This document shows positions 48,276 through 61,223 of a stretch of 64,000 nt of DNA, one piece after another. Every line of letters starts with the position of its first letter. Position 1 is the first letter of the stretch. A model generated the notes under the pieces. That model searched no databases. It was given only the letters and a program-made list of their open reading frames with translations, and had not been told where the DNA came from. The translations under genes and the position numbers were made by a program. The DNA comes from the human T2T-CHM13v2.0 reference genome, Homo sapiens: NCBI RefSeq assembly GCF_009914755.1, contig NC_060948.1; one strand, written 5' to 3'.

Positions 48276-51200
48276 CAAAACACTATAATGAATTGTTTTC
48301 CCTAGATCTCAAAAAAAAAAAAAAATAGTATGTTATTACAGGAGGAATTACATGTTCTGAGGTATTACACATTACTAGGAAGAGTGGAAAATTTCTTTTT
48401 AAGAAGTTGTAAAATTTTCACACATTGTAATGATGTTTACAACAGTCTAGGAAAATTATGCCTCACTACATGGGCTAAGACAGTCAGTAAACATTGATTA
48501 CTACCATTTAATTATGATAATGACTATGGAATTCAGGAACTGTAATTTATAAGGGTTACAGCAGTTCTACCAGCCATGAATCTTTATCTGATGATTTAGC
48601 TACTTTATAACCCAGGTTGTATAAATAGTTTCATATTAATAGCACTTCTAAATTATTGATTAGACACGTTTTAAATGCTAGGCAACTTCAGGCTTCCCAG
48701 AATCAAAATATTTCCTTATTTTGATACAAGATACAAGTAGTTGTTTCAAAAAAGATACCCAATAATTAATTTATATGTATGATTTTTACATTTTTCGGTA
48801 AATATTTTGTATTTTGCATAAGTTAAGGAGTTTAAAATATAGACTATAGATTCATATAATTTATACCCATTAAGATTTAAGTCATTTAATGATTACAGAA
48901 TATATATTCACACACTTAAATGAAAGATCCTTAACCCTTTATGTATTTTATACAGTTCTTGTCCAAGTTAAATTTAACTGCATGTAAAAGTTTAATAATT
49001 TCCAATTGCATTTCTAAATTCAGAATATAAAAAATCATGTTTTCAGTATCCAAAAGTTAACATCTAATTTTCTCATCCCAGTATACACAACTTTCTTTAA
49101 AATATACATAAAATTTCAAAATCCCAGTGGCATCAGAATGTGTCTTTCAGTATTTGCATGCTGGTTTTCTCATATACCATTAAAAATTGTGTTGAAAAAC
49201 CTATAAAAAACAATTGTCACCTTATATCACTTTGCAGAAAGCTAAACACAAGAATCAGAAACCCAGAGTGAATGGTACACATTCTAACTGGAAGCTCTCT
49301 ATCTCTTAATAGGTTGCCAGAAAACTCCACACCTATTTGTGGGTGAGAAGGAATACACACAACTTGAAGTCTTCTGTTGAAGTATCAGGTGTTCTGCTCC
49401 TAGGACACTGTGAAGAGAATCTGTGTGCTATTCATTGGTGAATTATGAACAGACGATATGCCTGTTGACCAGTATTTCAATCATGAGTGTAAATGAGTAA
49501 AAATAACATGGACCACCCATGTCAGAAACCAGTGGTAACATTTAGAAGTTCACTGTGCTCACACACTGAGGATTAAATATGAATTCATAATTTCATGGGC
49601 TGTTCTAGCTTTCAACAATGGTACATGGCATTTTTCCTGACCCAGTATTCAATAATTCCTTTATTTAAAAAACTGATTGATTATTTGCTATATGCTATGA
49701 TAAATCATAAAAAGAAAGATGATCAATCAAAAAAAGAAAAAAAATGTGAGCATCTTCACAAATTCAATAATTTGATTATAATGCTTTGCAAAAATGCTAG
49801 AGGCTCAGAAGAAATATCATAATCCATTTCAGATGAAGTAGCTGGAGTGAGAATTGATGAACAGGATTCATCCTGCAAATAGATGATGGATACATTTTGT
49901 TAACTAAAGGCGGTTTTGGAAACATTTGGAATAAAAGTAGCATGGTATGATGTTTAGTTATGGAGATGAAGGGGATAGGAAACATGCCACTTTTAGACTT
50001 GTTGAGAGTGAATGGCCATGGATGAACATGGAAAAAAAAAAAAAAAAAAAGAAGAAGAGGGCATATCTGAGCAAACTGCACTTTGGACTTGTCCAAGGGA
50101 TATCTGCTAGAGATGCACAATAGAAAGAACTTTCCTTTAACCATGCCTTATTAAACACCTCTACCAGTGACCTAGATAAAAGTATGTAGTTCTTACAGTG
50201 AAAGCTGAAGATGAGATTAGATAGCAGTGGACTAGGTATTATTTTAATTGACAAACTCGGGAAAGATCTAGATAGATAGAAGGTGTACATTGGGACTCTA
50301 CATTTAGGCACAGAAATCATTAGCACTGCTACAAAAGGAAGCAGAATTTATCATTGGTTTAGTGGTATAGTGCAAAAATGCTTAGTGTACTATATGTACT
50401 CAGTGTGAAGGATTGGTGTGTCAGGCATACCAATGCAGTCTCATGAACAATTATCTAATAGCGACTCTACTGACTTTCCTTTGCAATGGGTTAAATGATT
50501 CCTCGATTATTCCCTTTAGTTCAGGGTTCTACTTAAATATTGCTAAATACTTGTACATTAAGTATTGTCTTCATGGAGTGATTTAGAAACATGACCTTCT
50601 TATGAATTTACTTTTAACCAATATCTTAGTAGAATAAGCATGAAAGAGCAGAGTTATAATTCTAGGGAGTTATTTTAATTAGTGTTCCAAGTACTTTAAT
50701 TAGCATTCCAGTTATCTACTTATCAGAGAAAAGTGTTGGATGCACTATGCAACTCATACTTTTAGATGTTCCTGCCATTACAAAATGCATCCAGATACTT
50801 TGTAGAGAATCTTTTCAGTAGAAGTTGATAATTATATTTTCTTTTTCCCTTGTTACTCTCTACTTATCTATTTGTATAATCTATTTATTGATTTATCTCA
50901 TAAGAAACATGTTCTTACATATAAAATCAAATACATTTTAATCTGTTTCAAAAGGAAGTTAGTGTATGCAATTAGTGAATTAAAATAAGACAAAAATGCA
51001 ATTTATATATGTGTAATATTTTCATAAGACAAATTTTTACAAACATGAATGTGTACATTGCCAAACTATAAAAACAGTTCACACTCAGTTGTTTAATAAC
51101 TCAGGATACTTCCATGGGTACATGAAATAATAACATAATTATGTAACATTATTTGAAATTACTCCAAAGTATAAAATAATATGTGTTTACAGCGACTTTA

Positions 51201-51789
51201 AACTACCTAAAATAACATATAAATTATCTCCCTGAGTCAATAAATATATAAATGAAAAAAGTCAAAGTTGTTTAAAGAAACTATTGAATAGACTATACCA
51301 AAGGTTAGACATATAAGGAAATTATCAATTATTATTAAAAACCTGTTTTCTATGACACATTCATAATTTTTAAAAAATGACATTTTATATAGAAAAATTC
51401 TGTTTATGTTTTATAAATCATATCAAGTGTTTGTATTTAATAAAATGAGCACTAATTTGCAGAGGAGTATAACCTTAGGAGTAATATTGCCATATTTCTC
51501 TACTGAGATTCTGTGAACATGAATATAGGAAACTTATCGGTTAAGAAATACATTAAATTAAATTTTACACAGTAAAGATTTTGCAAACAATGCAGTAATG
51601 GAAGTTTGTGAAATGTTATGACAATTCATTGTATTTGGTTGCAATTATACCTATACCCCAAAGTACGAATTGTTTGTACTTTTTAAGAAGTCATTAATGA
51701 TTACCCACACAATATACTGCATTGTATTATATCTCTGTATTGTTTGCTCTGTTTTCTATTTTGTTTATTTTGAAGAACTTTATTTGTGT

Positions 51790-52096
51790 TTGTTTATTTA
51801 TTTGTTTCCTGAGGCAGGCTCTCTGTCACCTATTCTGAAGTGCAGTGGTGCAATCTCTCCTCACTGCAACCTCCAATGCCCAGGTTCAAGCAATTCTCTT
51901 GTCTCAGTCTAAGCCTCCCAAGAAGCTGGGACTACAGGCATGTGCCTCCATGCCTGGCTAATTTTTGTATTTTTTTGTAGAGATGGAGTTTCACCATGTT
52001 GGCCAGGCTGGTCTCAAACTCCTAACCTCAAGTGATCTGCCTTCTTCGGCCTCCCAAATGCTGGGATTACAAGGATGAGCCACCATGCCCAGCCTG
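51790..52096 (-). mobile_element. AluS (Sx/Sz-like)
   Basis: Dimeric Alu reverse complement. Confidence 0.92.
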
Positions 52097-52293
52097 GCTT
52101 GAAAAACTTTATAGTTATGAGAAATAATGTAACTTATTGATCCAAACAGAACATTTTTAAAATTTTTATTTCTATCATTATATGACTATAGGAAAATTAT
52201 AAACAGTATAGCACAAAATAAAAATTCTGAGAAAGTATCCCAAAACTTTAGCATATCTTGAGACTGATCTTATGATATATTAAACATTGTGTC

Positions 52294-52545
52294 TTTGGGA
52301 GGCCAAAGCGGGCGGATCACGAGGTCAGGAGATCTAAACCATCCTGGCTAACATGGTGAAAACCTGTCTCTAATAAAAAATACAAAAAATTAGCCGGGCA
52401 TGGTGGCGGGCGCCTGTAGTCCCAGCTACTCTGGAGGCTGAGGCAGGAGAATGGCGCAAACCTGGGAAGAGGAGCTTTCAGTGAGCAGAGATAGTGCTTG
52501 GGCGACAGAACAAGACCCCTCCTCGAAAAGAAAAGAAAAAGAAAT
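52294..52545 (+). mobile_element. AluY, 5' truncated, small internal deletion
   Basis: GGATCACGAGGTCAGGAGATC, GAATGGCG; lacks CACTGCACTCCAGC near 52498. Confidence 0.9.
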
Positions 52546-53181
52546 TGTGAACCACAGATTTAGAACTATTGGAGGAAAATAGCTTTATTTATTATAAATC
52601 TACTAGAGTTTTACCATTATGGAAATATTTGCTTGACATTAAATCCAATGAACACTTAATGGTTATTTTAAATGTTTTTGCCCACCTCTATGTTGTTCTC
52701 TTTGAGTAGAAAAGATGCGCAGTATCCTAACCTCATACTCACCATGAGAATCTTCAAAATTCATGTAGTTAAAAATGGATAACGGACATGCAAACTTGAG
52801 GCCTACTTTAAAAATCAAATGCAGAATCCAGAAAATCATTGAAAATTTGCTGAGACTCCTGGTAGGCAATCAATTTGGCGTAACATGTCACTGGACGTTT
52901 ATCAAGGTCTCCCCACATGAATCTCATTGGATTCCTTGGCTTGTTAGTCTTTCTAGGAGAGTTACTATAAATTTAGGCTAGACACAGTGGCCATAAATAT
53001 GAATAACCAGCTCAGATGTTTGCTGAGCTGTAATTGAGACATAAGTTCATGGAAGGGAAATGGTGGTTACATGCATCCAATTAAGAAAAGGGGTATCTTA
53101 CTGTTACTGACCACTTAAGTGATTCATATGAAAGTTAAACATTTTCATTTGATGAATTCCCATCATCAAGAAATAATTTTT

Positions 53182-53481
53182 AGCTGGGTGCAGTGGCTCA
53201 TGCCTGTATTCCCAGCACTTTGGGAGGCCAAGGAGGGTGAATAGCCTGAGGTTATGAGTTTGAGACCAGACTGACCAACATCCTGAAACCCAGTCTCTAC
53301 AAAAAAAAGAAATACAAAAATTACCCAGGCATGGTGGAAGTTGCCTGTAATTCCAGGTACTCACGAGGCTGAGGCAGAAGAATCTCTTGAATCTGGGAAG
53401 CTGAGGTTGCAATCAGCCAAGATTTCCCTTGCACTCCAGCCTGGGTGACAAGAGGGAAACTCGATCTCAAAAAAGAAAAAA
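53182..53481 (+). mobile_element. AluS
   Basis: Dimeric Alu. Confidence 0.92.
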
Positions 53482-53526
53482 TGTTTAACATGGTGAGGTA
53501 TTATACATACTATATGCCCTATGAGC

Positions 53527-53637
53527 TATGTGTGTGTGTGTGTGGGGGGGGGGGGCATATGTAATTGCATAGTGCATATATATATAGGGGTATGTGTATG
53601 TGCATGTTTGTGTGTATAGCAAATATATATATATATG

Positions 53638-53673
<36 letters not shown>
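53527..53673. repeat. Compound (TG)n-G-run-(TA)n-(CA)n microsatellite
   Basis: Visible runs. Confidence 0.92.
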
Positions 53674-53677
<4 letters not shown>

Positions 53678-53679
53678 CT

Positions 53680-53935
53680 GCTATCAAGTTGGCCCCAGTG
53701 TCTATTGTTTCCATGTAATTTAGCTCCTACTTATTAGCAAGAACATGCCATGTTTAGTTTTCTGTTCTTGCATAAATTCCTTAGGATCGTGGCCTCCAGC
53801 TGCATCCATGTTATTGGAAAGGACTATATTCTCTTCTTTTTATGGCTGCATAGTATTCCACAGTGTATATGTACCACATTTCTTTACCCAGTCTGCCATT
53901 TATGAGAATCTATGTTGATTCCATGTGTTTGTTAT
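53680..53935 (-). mobile_element. Old L1 3'UTR fragment
   Basis: TTTAGCTCC.ACTTAT, GGCCTCCAGCTGCATCCATGTT, TATGGCTGCATAGTATTCCA. Confidence 0.85.
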
Positions 53936-54313
53936 TGTGTGCGTGTATATATATATAAATATTTGAGCAATATACATATATATGTTGTGACTGTATATAG
54001 ATATATGTATGAGTTACATATATATCATATAAAAATGTATGGGCTCACATACACATATCATACATATATGTTACACATATACATATATGTATGAGCTCAC
54101 AATATATCATACATATGTATCATGTACATATATACATGTGTACATATGTGTGTACATATATGACATATGTATGATATAGATGTAACTCATACATGTATCT
54201 ATATACAACAGCAACATATATATAGCTTATACATACACACACACAATAACACAGGCATGGAATCAACATAGATTCTCATAAATGGCAGACAGGATAAAAA
54301 TGTAGCACATGTA
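53867..54313. repeat. Imperfect inverted repeat (arms about 150-160 bp) around AT-rich purine-pyrimidine spacer
   Basis: 53891-53925 is the exact reverse complement of 54256-54290; 53992-54029 vs 54170-54207 match at 36/38. Confidence 0.93.
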
Positions 54314-54854
54314 TATGTATACACATGTATACATATGTGTACATGTGTATGTATACATACAGATACATATGTGTACATATGCATGATATATATGTATCTC
54401 ATAGGGCATATAATATTTTGTATATACACACGCATATATATGTACACACACACACACACACACACACACTTCTGTTAGTGAGAATAGGAAGCTGTTTCAA
54501 CATATCTCATGGCTCATGGGTTTAAGTTGAATAGTAATGTACCTACCAATATATCCATATATTCCATGCTGAATGCAGTTTACAATATCTCTGTTTCCAA
54601 ATGCAAGACTTGGAATGAGAGATTTTATTTGTGCCAGAGAATAATGATTTTCTAGGACTAAATACTGGTGACAGAATGAAAGTATATTAATTTTCAATTT
54701 TGAGACAACTTGATATAAAAGTTTTCACCAGAGGTTGAAACTCAAAGATCTCACATGTGAATTAATGGAGAAAAAGCATGGGAACACACTCAAAACTTAT
54801 TGCACAGTCCACCATTTTCACACATATTTCTTATGTGATGTTCAGCTTGTTTCC

Positions 54855-55865
54855 TCTTTCCAACTTTTATTTTAGGTTCAGGGGTATATATGTACAGGAT
54901 TGCTATAGAGGTAAATTGCCTGTCACAGGGGTTTATTTCATTACCCAGGTAGCTGACCATAATACCTGATAGGTAGTTTTTTGGTACTCCTCCTCCTCCC
55001 TTCCTCCACCCTCAAGTAGGTCCCTGGTATCTATTGTTGTCATGCTTTTGACCATGTGTACCCATTGTTCACCTCCTACTTATAAGAATTACTTCTAAGT
55101 GAGTATATGCAGCATTTGCTTTTCTGTTCTTGTGTTAATTTGCTTAAGGTAATGGCCTACAGATGCATCTATGTCGCAGCAGGACTTGATTTTTTTCTTT
55201 TTTATGGCTGCATGGTGTTTCATGGTGTATATGTACCATGTTTTCTTTATCCATTCTACTGTTGGTCATCTAGGTTGATTTCATGTCCTTGCTATTTTGA
55301 ACAGTGCTTCAGTGAACATAATGCATACATGTGTCTTTGTGGTGGAATGATTTCTATTTCTTTGGGTGTGTACCCAGAAATGAGATTGCTGGGTCGACGG
55401 ATAATTCTGTTTTAAGTACTTTGTAAAATTGTCACACTGTTTTCCACAGGTACTGAATTAATTTACATACATTACATTAATATACATCCTGCAGTGTATA
55501 CGTATTCCCTTTTCTCCACAACCTTGCTAGCATGTTATTTTTTTAGGAATAGCCATTCTTACTGGTGTGAGACGGTATCTGATTGTGGCTTTGATTTGCA
55601 CTTCTCTAATGATTGGTGATGTTGTTAATGTTTTTCATAGGCTTGTTGGCAGTGTGTATGTCTTCTTTTGAGAAGTGTCTGTTCATGCTCTTTGCCCATT
55701 ATTTTAATAGATTTTTGTTTGTTTGTTTTCACATGTTAATTTCTTTTAGTTCCTTATAGATTCAGAATATTAGACATTTGTCAGATGCATAATTTGCAAA
55801 TATTTGCTACCATTCTGTGGGTTGTCTGTTTAATCTGTTGATAGTTTCTTCTGCTGTGCAAAAGT
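54855..55865 (-). mobile_element. Old L1 3' end (L1PA15-16/L1PB-like)
   Basis: CCCTCAAGTAGG.CCCTGGT, ACTGGTGTGAGA, TCTTCTTTTGAGAAGTGTCTGTTCATG. Confidence 0.88.
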
Positions 55866-56459
55866 ATCGCTTGCTTTTTTCAAAAGAAGCTAGTATATTT
55901 GACATTATGACTTTCTCAAGTCAGTGGCTAAAGTAAAAACCAGCAGAAACAGCTGAAAATACTACTATGATTTTTGTATCTTGGAGAATCCTCCAGGAAT
56001 CCCCATATTGAAGATATTGAAGATAATATTGAAGATAAATATTCTGTATTCTCTTCAGTTCAATGGAAACAGATTTATCTTCCCATATTGTCAACTTGTA
56101 TGAAAAATGTAAAACTTTAAATATTACAATCCCATTCCTGTGTGGTAAGATTGGCACCTTATGCAAAACATTCTAGAACTGAGATGAGTAGAGGTGACAT
56201 CTGACAAATTTTTGCTGGGATGTCCTGTTGGAGTTCTGTTCAATTATTTATCTATATTGCTCCCTTGTTCGTTCTCTGTTGACAGGGAAGAATGGATGAA
56301 TTAAATAAGTTAAGGGCCTATGTAATGCAGTGCTTATGTATTCCTATTCGTGGTTTATTCTTAATTACAATTGGATTGCTTCCAGACATGTGACCATCTT
56401 CAGTCTCACAACTTACGCCGTCTCTCTTGTAATGTGGCACCCACATTCTCATTTATTTT

Positions 56460-56793
56460 TAATTTGTTTTATTTTATTTTATTATTATTACTGTTTAATA
56501 GACAGAATCTTGCTCTGTTGCCCAGCTGAAGTGCAGTGTCATGACCCGGGTCACAGGAGGCTCAAACTCATTGGCTCAAACAATCCTCCTGTCTCAGCCT
56601 CCCAAACAGCTGGGACTATAGGCATGCATCATTACCAATTACCATTACAATTATATTGGTAATTCTTCTTTTCTTTTTGTAGAGTTGGGGGTCTTGTTTA
56701 ATTGCTTAGTCTGGTCTTGAACTCCTCAAGTAATCCTCCTGTACTGACCTTCCAAAGTTGTGGAATTACAGACATAATTCACTTTTCCAGGCC
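56460..56793 (-). mobile_element. AluJ
   Basis: Highly diverged Alu reverse complement. Confidence 0.8.
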
Positions 56794-56913
56794 TGAAACC
56801 ACATTTTGTTTATGGCCTGTCAGACATGTGAACTGAAGGGACCAGCTCCTGACAGAAAAACAATGTGTGATTTTTCAGGCCCTGCCAAAGACAATTAACA
56901 AAAGCTTTGCCTG

Positions 56914-57190
56914 GGCCAGGCACAGTGGCTCAAGTTCTTAATCCCAGCACTTTCGGAGGGTGGAGGCAGGCAGATTACCTGAGGTCAGGTTGTGGAAGCC
57001 AGCCTGGCTAACATCTCTACTATAAATATAATAAAAATTAGCTGGGTATTGTGGTGCATGCCTGTAATCCCAGCTACTTGGGAGGCTGAGGCTTGAGAAT
57101 TGCTTGATTGCTTGAACTCAGGAGGCAGAAGTTGCAGTCAGCCAAGATGCCAAAATTTCTACATGACAGAGTGAGACTCCATCTCAAAAG
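56914..57190 (+). mobile_element. AluS with internal deletion
   Basis: Dimeric Alu; degenerate TSD AAAGCTTTGCCTG / AAAGTTTTGCCAG also encloses the following STR. Confidence 0.9.
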
Positions 57191-57346
57191 AAGAAAGAAG
57201 GAAAGAAAGAAAGAAAGGAACGAAGGAAGGAAGGAAGGAAGGAAGGAAGGAAGGAAGGAAGGAAGGAAGAAAGAAAGAGAAAGAAAGAAAAAAGAGGGAG
57301 GGAGGGAAGGAGGAAGGAAGGAAAGAGAGAGAGAGGGAGAGAGAAC

Positions 57347-57419
<73 letters not shown>

Positions 57420-57421
57420 GT

Positions 57422-57460
<39 letters not shown>

Positions 57461-57504
57461 GAAAGAAAGAAAGAAAGAAAAAGAAAGAAAGAAAAAGAAA
57501 GGAA
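57190..57504. repeat. Complex (GAAG)n/(GAAA)n STR derived from Alu tail
   Basis: About 315 bp nearly pure purine; long perfect GAAG and GAAA blocks. Confidence 0.97.
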
Positions 57505-57729
57505 AGTTTTGCCAGGAGAAGCTGTCCTTCACACACCAGATGTGGTTCCAAGCCACTGCCGTCTCTTAAGTGTTGCAAGCAGGGACTCAGGACCCCGAAT
57601 GGTCATGTTTTGATGTATGTCTGCATTACTGACCCAGGTGATTCCATGTGGAAGCCTCTTTACTAGAGACTTTTGGTGGAGGTCTTCCCTGGATGCCTCT
57701 GCAGAGACCTCTCTGATGAGAGAGAGTGG

Positions 57730-58092
57730 TGATATAGTTTGGCTCTGTATCCTCACTCAAATCTAATCTTGATTTGTAATTCCCAGGTGTTGAGAGAGGG
57801 ACCTGGTGGGAGGTGATTGGATTATGGGGCCAGTTTCCCCCATGCTGTTCTTGTGATAGTGAGTGAGTGCTCATTAGATCTATGGTTTATAAGTGGCAGT
57901 TTCATCTGCACTCTTGCTCTCTCCTGACACTGTGGGAAGATATGCCTTCATTCCCCTTTGCCTTCCACCATGATGGTAAGTTTCCTGAGTCCTCCCCAGC
58001 CATGTGGAACTAGGAGTCAATTAAACCTCTTTTCTTTATAAATAACCCAGTCTCTGGCTCTATCTTCATAGCAATGAGAATGAACTAAAACC
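57730..58092 (+). mobile_element. THE1D/MST-type solo LTR
   Basis: TGATATAGTTTGGCTCTGT... start; 5-bp TSD AGTGG (57725, 58093). Confidence 0.9.
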
Positions 58093-58317
58093 AGTGGGAA
58101 CATTGAACATATTTTCTCCACTCTGAATCAGTCTACAGGACTTTTCCACTCTTGTCCACTACCCTACTGTCACCCTCTGCCCACCCCCAGGTCCATAGCA
58201 CCACAGAAGCCCTTTGTTTATGGCTCACTTAGAAGTGAGACCAGTCCCTATAATACATGCATCTTTATTCATCCGTTTGAACTTTGACTGGCACTATTTC
58301 ATGAAAAAGAATGGAAA

Positions 58318-58435
58318 AAGAAATGGGGTCTCTTTATGTTGCCCAGGGTGGTCTCTAACTCCTGGTATCAAGTAAACCTTGGCTTTCAGCCTCCCAAATT
58401 GCTGAGATTATAGACAAGAGCCACTGTGCCTGGCT
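58318..58435 (-). mobile_element. Alu monomer (FLAM-like)
   Basis: GGGGTCTC..TATGTTGCCCAGG.TGGTCTC...GAGCCACTGTGCCTGGC. Confidence 0.8.
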
Positions 58436-59051
58436 GACTTTCCTTTAGACTCATTGGAGTAATTGTCAACTCTTAATACCAACTTGTTAAAAACAAACAA
58501 ACAATACAAAAAACACCCAGGCCATAGGAAACACAAGTGATCCTTCCTTCACTTGTAATCTTATCTCTGTCTTCCTTTTTGCCTTTTTGTAGACTACCAC
58601 AAAATATTCTTTTCCCAATGAACAAAGATTAAAAAGAACAAAAAAGTGTATTCACATTCTAAAAATATAGTTTAAGCCTATTGTTTTCAAAAAATTCAGT
58701 TACTAATGGTCCCTTAAATTGGCAAGCATTGAAAATTGTAACTACATATGCAACTTGATTGATTGACTTTTTTTGAGAATTGGAAATAATACTTAACGCA
58801 CTTTTTCTGCCCTTGATCTCCAAGTATCTATGATATCAGTGCCCAACAAAATTGAAAGCACATGGATTTCCATTTCATTTCCATCTCTAGTTTAGCCTTG
58901 TACTCTATTAGTTACTTATGGTGAACTGACAAACTTGCTGGTGCCTGATGACAGAGAAAAAGATATCTCCTAAAATATTTACCAATTTCTTCAGTATTTG
59001 TTCTCATCACCATTGTCATCCTTTCCAGACATAACTTAGGAATGAATTCAT

Positions 59052-59109
59052 AAACTCCCTAATCTGTAGTTGATCAGTAGTTGATCCCTAATCTGTAGGA
59101 AGGAAGGAA

Positions 59110-59153
<44 letters not shown>

Positions 59154-59173
59154 TCCCTAATCTGTAGTTGATC
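59052..59173. repeat. 24-bp direct repeat flanking a partial copy and a (GGAA)/(GA)n tract
   Basis: AAACTCCCTAATCTGTAGTTGATC at 59052-59075 and 59150-59173. Confidence 0.92.
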
Positions 59174-59767
59174 TTATTTTCCCCAGGGCCTAGTGACTGG
59201 GGTGAGTATCAATTTAGCTAGTATTTTGAATCACTCTGAAGTGACTTAAAATTCAAAGGTCTTGCATGCAGTGAAATGAAAACCAGGGGCCTTTGCAGCC
59301 TTTCAATTGTTCCTATGAATAAAATACTTTCTACATTTACAGAATAAATGACTTTAAAGTGTTATGTTATATTCAATGACATTTGATGGAAGAAAAAATA
59401 ACCATTTCATTCATGATGAATGTCAAGTTTTGGAGTTGGGGAAATCAAATCAACTTTATCAACTAGGATTCAAATGGTGACATTTGTTTTATTCCATGGA
59501 TGCTCTGAACTTAGTGGTGATAAAGAATCATGGAGAAAGTTGATAAACTGGGGTTGCTCTGGAAGTACCCTGTCCAGCCTAATTTATTGCCAAATGTGTA
59601 AAGAGAACAGGGAACTCTGCAGGATGTTTCTGTGATAAAGTCATCTTCTGCAGTCTGCCTGGACAGCACATGAAAAGCTATGACTCTTGCCTTCTAGCAC
59701 TTAATACCTGATTAGCTCTTTCTAAACAATGCCACCTGCTCTTTCCTCTCTACTGAGCATGTGTTAC

Positions 59768-61223
59768 TGCTGTGGGACAATCAGAGATGGGAGAGAAGGA
59801 AGAGTTCAGGAGAGTCCTTTATTCTTAACGTCATCACCAGCTCAGTCGGACTAGGGTCCGGAAAGTCTGAGCCCCGAACAAAGGAAACAGCAACCTTTTA
59901 AGCAGTTAATGGTGGGTGTTACATGATGCAGGAAGTGTACTTACAGAAGTGAGAACAAAGGCAGTTAATCGTTTTTTTTTTTTTGACAGTGTTTGTATAG
60001 CTTTTAATGTAGGAAATTACTATTTTACTACAAGGCTTTTGTTTAGCTGTTATCAGAATGGAATGACAAAAAGTTGGGAGTGTAATAGTGATTCTGCATA
60101 TTAATCACCTACATATACACTTTCAGTGAATAATAGGCAGTTTTTGTAATTTTTTTTCTAATCCTATGTTACTTCTAAATTATGCTTATTGAAAAGTATT
60201 TTTTTTTATTATACTTTAAGTTTTAGGGTACATGTGCACATTGTGCAGGTTAGTTACATATGAGTACATGTGCCATGCTGGAGCGCTGCACCCACTAACT
60301 CGTCATCTAGCATTAGGTATATCTCCCAATGCTATCCCTCCCACCTCCCCCCACCACAGTCCCCAGAGTGTGATATTCCCCTTCCTGTGTCCATGTGGTC
60401 TCATTGTTCAATTCCCACCTATGAGTGAGAATATGCGGTGTTTGGTTTTTTGTTCTTGCGATAGTTTACTGAGAATGATGATTTCCAATTTCATCCATGT
60501 CCCTACAAAGGACATGAACTCATCATTTTTTATGGCTGCATAGTATTCCATGGTGTATATGTGCCACATTTTCTTAATCCAGTCTATCATTGTTGGACAT
60601 TTGGGTTGGTTCCAAGTCTTTGCTATTGTGAATAATGCCGCAATAAACATACGTGTGCATGTGTCTTTATAGTAGCATCATTTATAGTCATTTGGGTATA
60701 TACCCAGTAATGGGATGGCTGGGTCAAATGGTATTTCTAGTTCTAGATCCCTGAGGAATCGCCACACTGACTTCCACAATGGTTGAACTGGTTTACAGTC
60801 CCACCAACAGTGTAAAAGTGTTCCTATTTCTCCACATCCTCTCCAGCACCTGTTGTTTCCTGACTTTTTAATGATTGCCATTCTAACTGGTGTGAGATGA
60901 TATCTCATAGTGGTTAATTGTTCTTTTACATTTGCTGTACCTCATGTTCTACATCCTTGGGAAAAACATGTTTTTGTAACATATACTTATCAAATTTGTG
61001 ACCTCACAGCTGTGCTAGGAAGGTAAGCAGGAACTCACTGAGCCTCAAGGAATGTGAAACTGTAGAACACAGATAAGGCTCATTAAGCACAGAAGAGAAT
61101 TAGGCAGTTAATATTCTCTTCTAACTCAGGCTTCCTAGAGGGCTATATTACAGTTAGCTTTTTAAGGAAAAATAATACATTTATTGGTTATTATTCTTAC
61201 AAAATTTATTAATTCCCTCTTCA
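59768..61223 (-). mobile_element. 3' LTR of class I provirus (about 500 bp), split by an L1 insertion
   Basis: TG...CA termini; polypurine tract AAAGGTGAGGGGA immediately upstream on minus strand; AATAAA (TTTATT near 59818) in the R region. Confidence 0.8.
59972..60912 (-). mobile_element. L1PA2-like 5'-truncated insertion carrying a 214-bp 3' transduction
   Basis: L1 60199-60912, unique sequence 59985-60198, second poly-A 59972-59984, TSD GTTAATCGTT / GTTAATTGTT. Confidence 0.88.

Noticed and set aside
52663-52981. Short ORFs in unique sequence (also 32565-32898, 45233-45565, 49797-50326)
   Set aside because: No recognisable protein similarity or exon structure; lengths consistent with chance.
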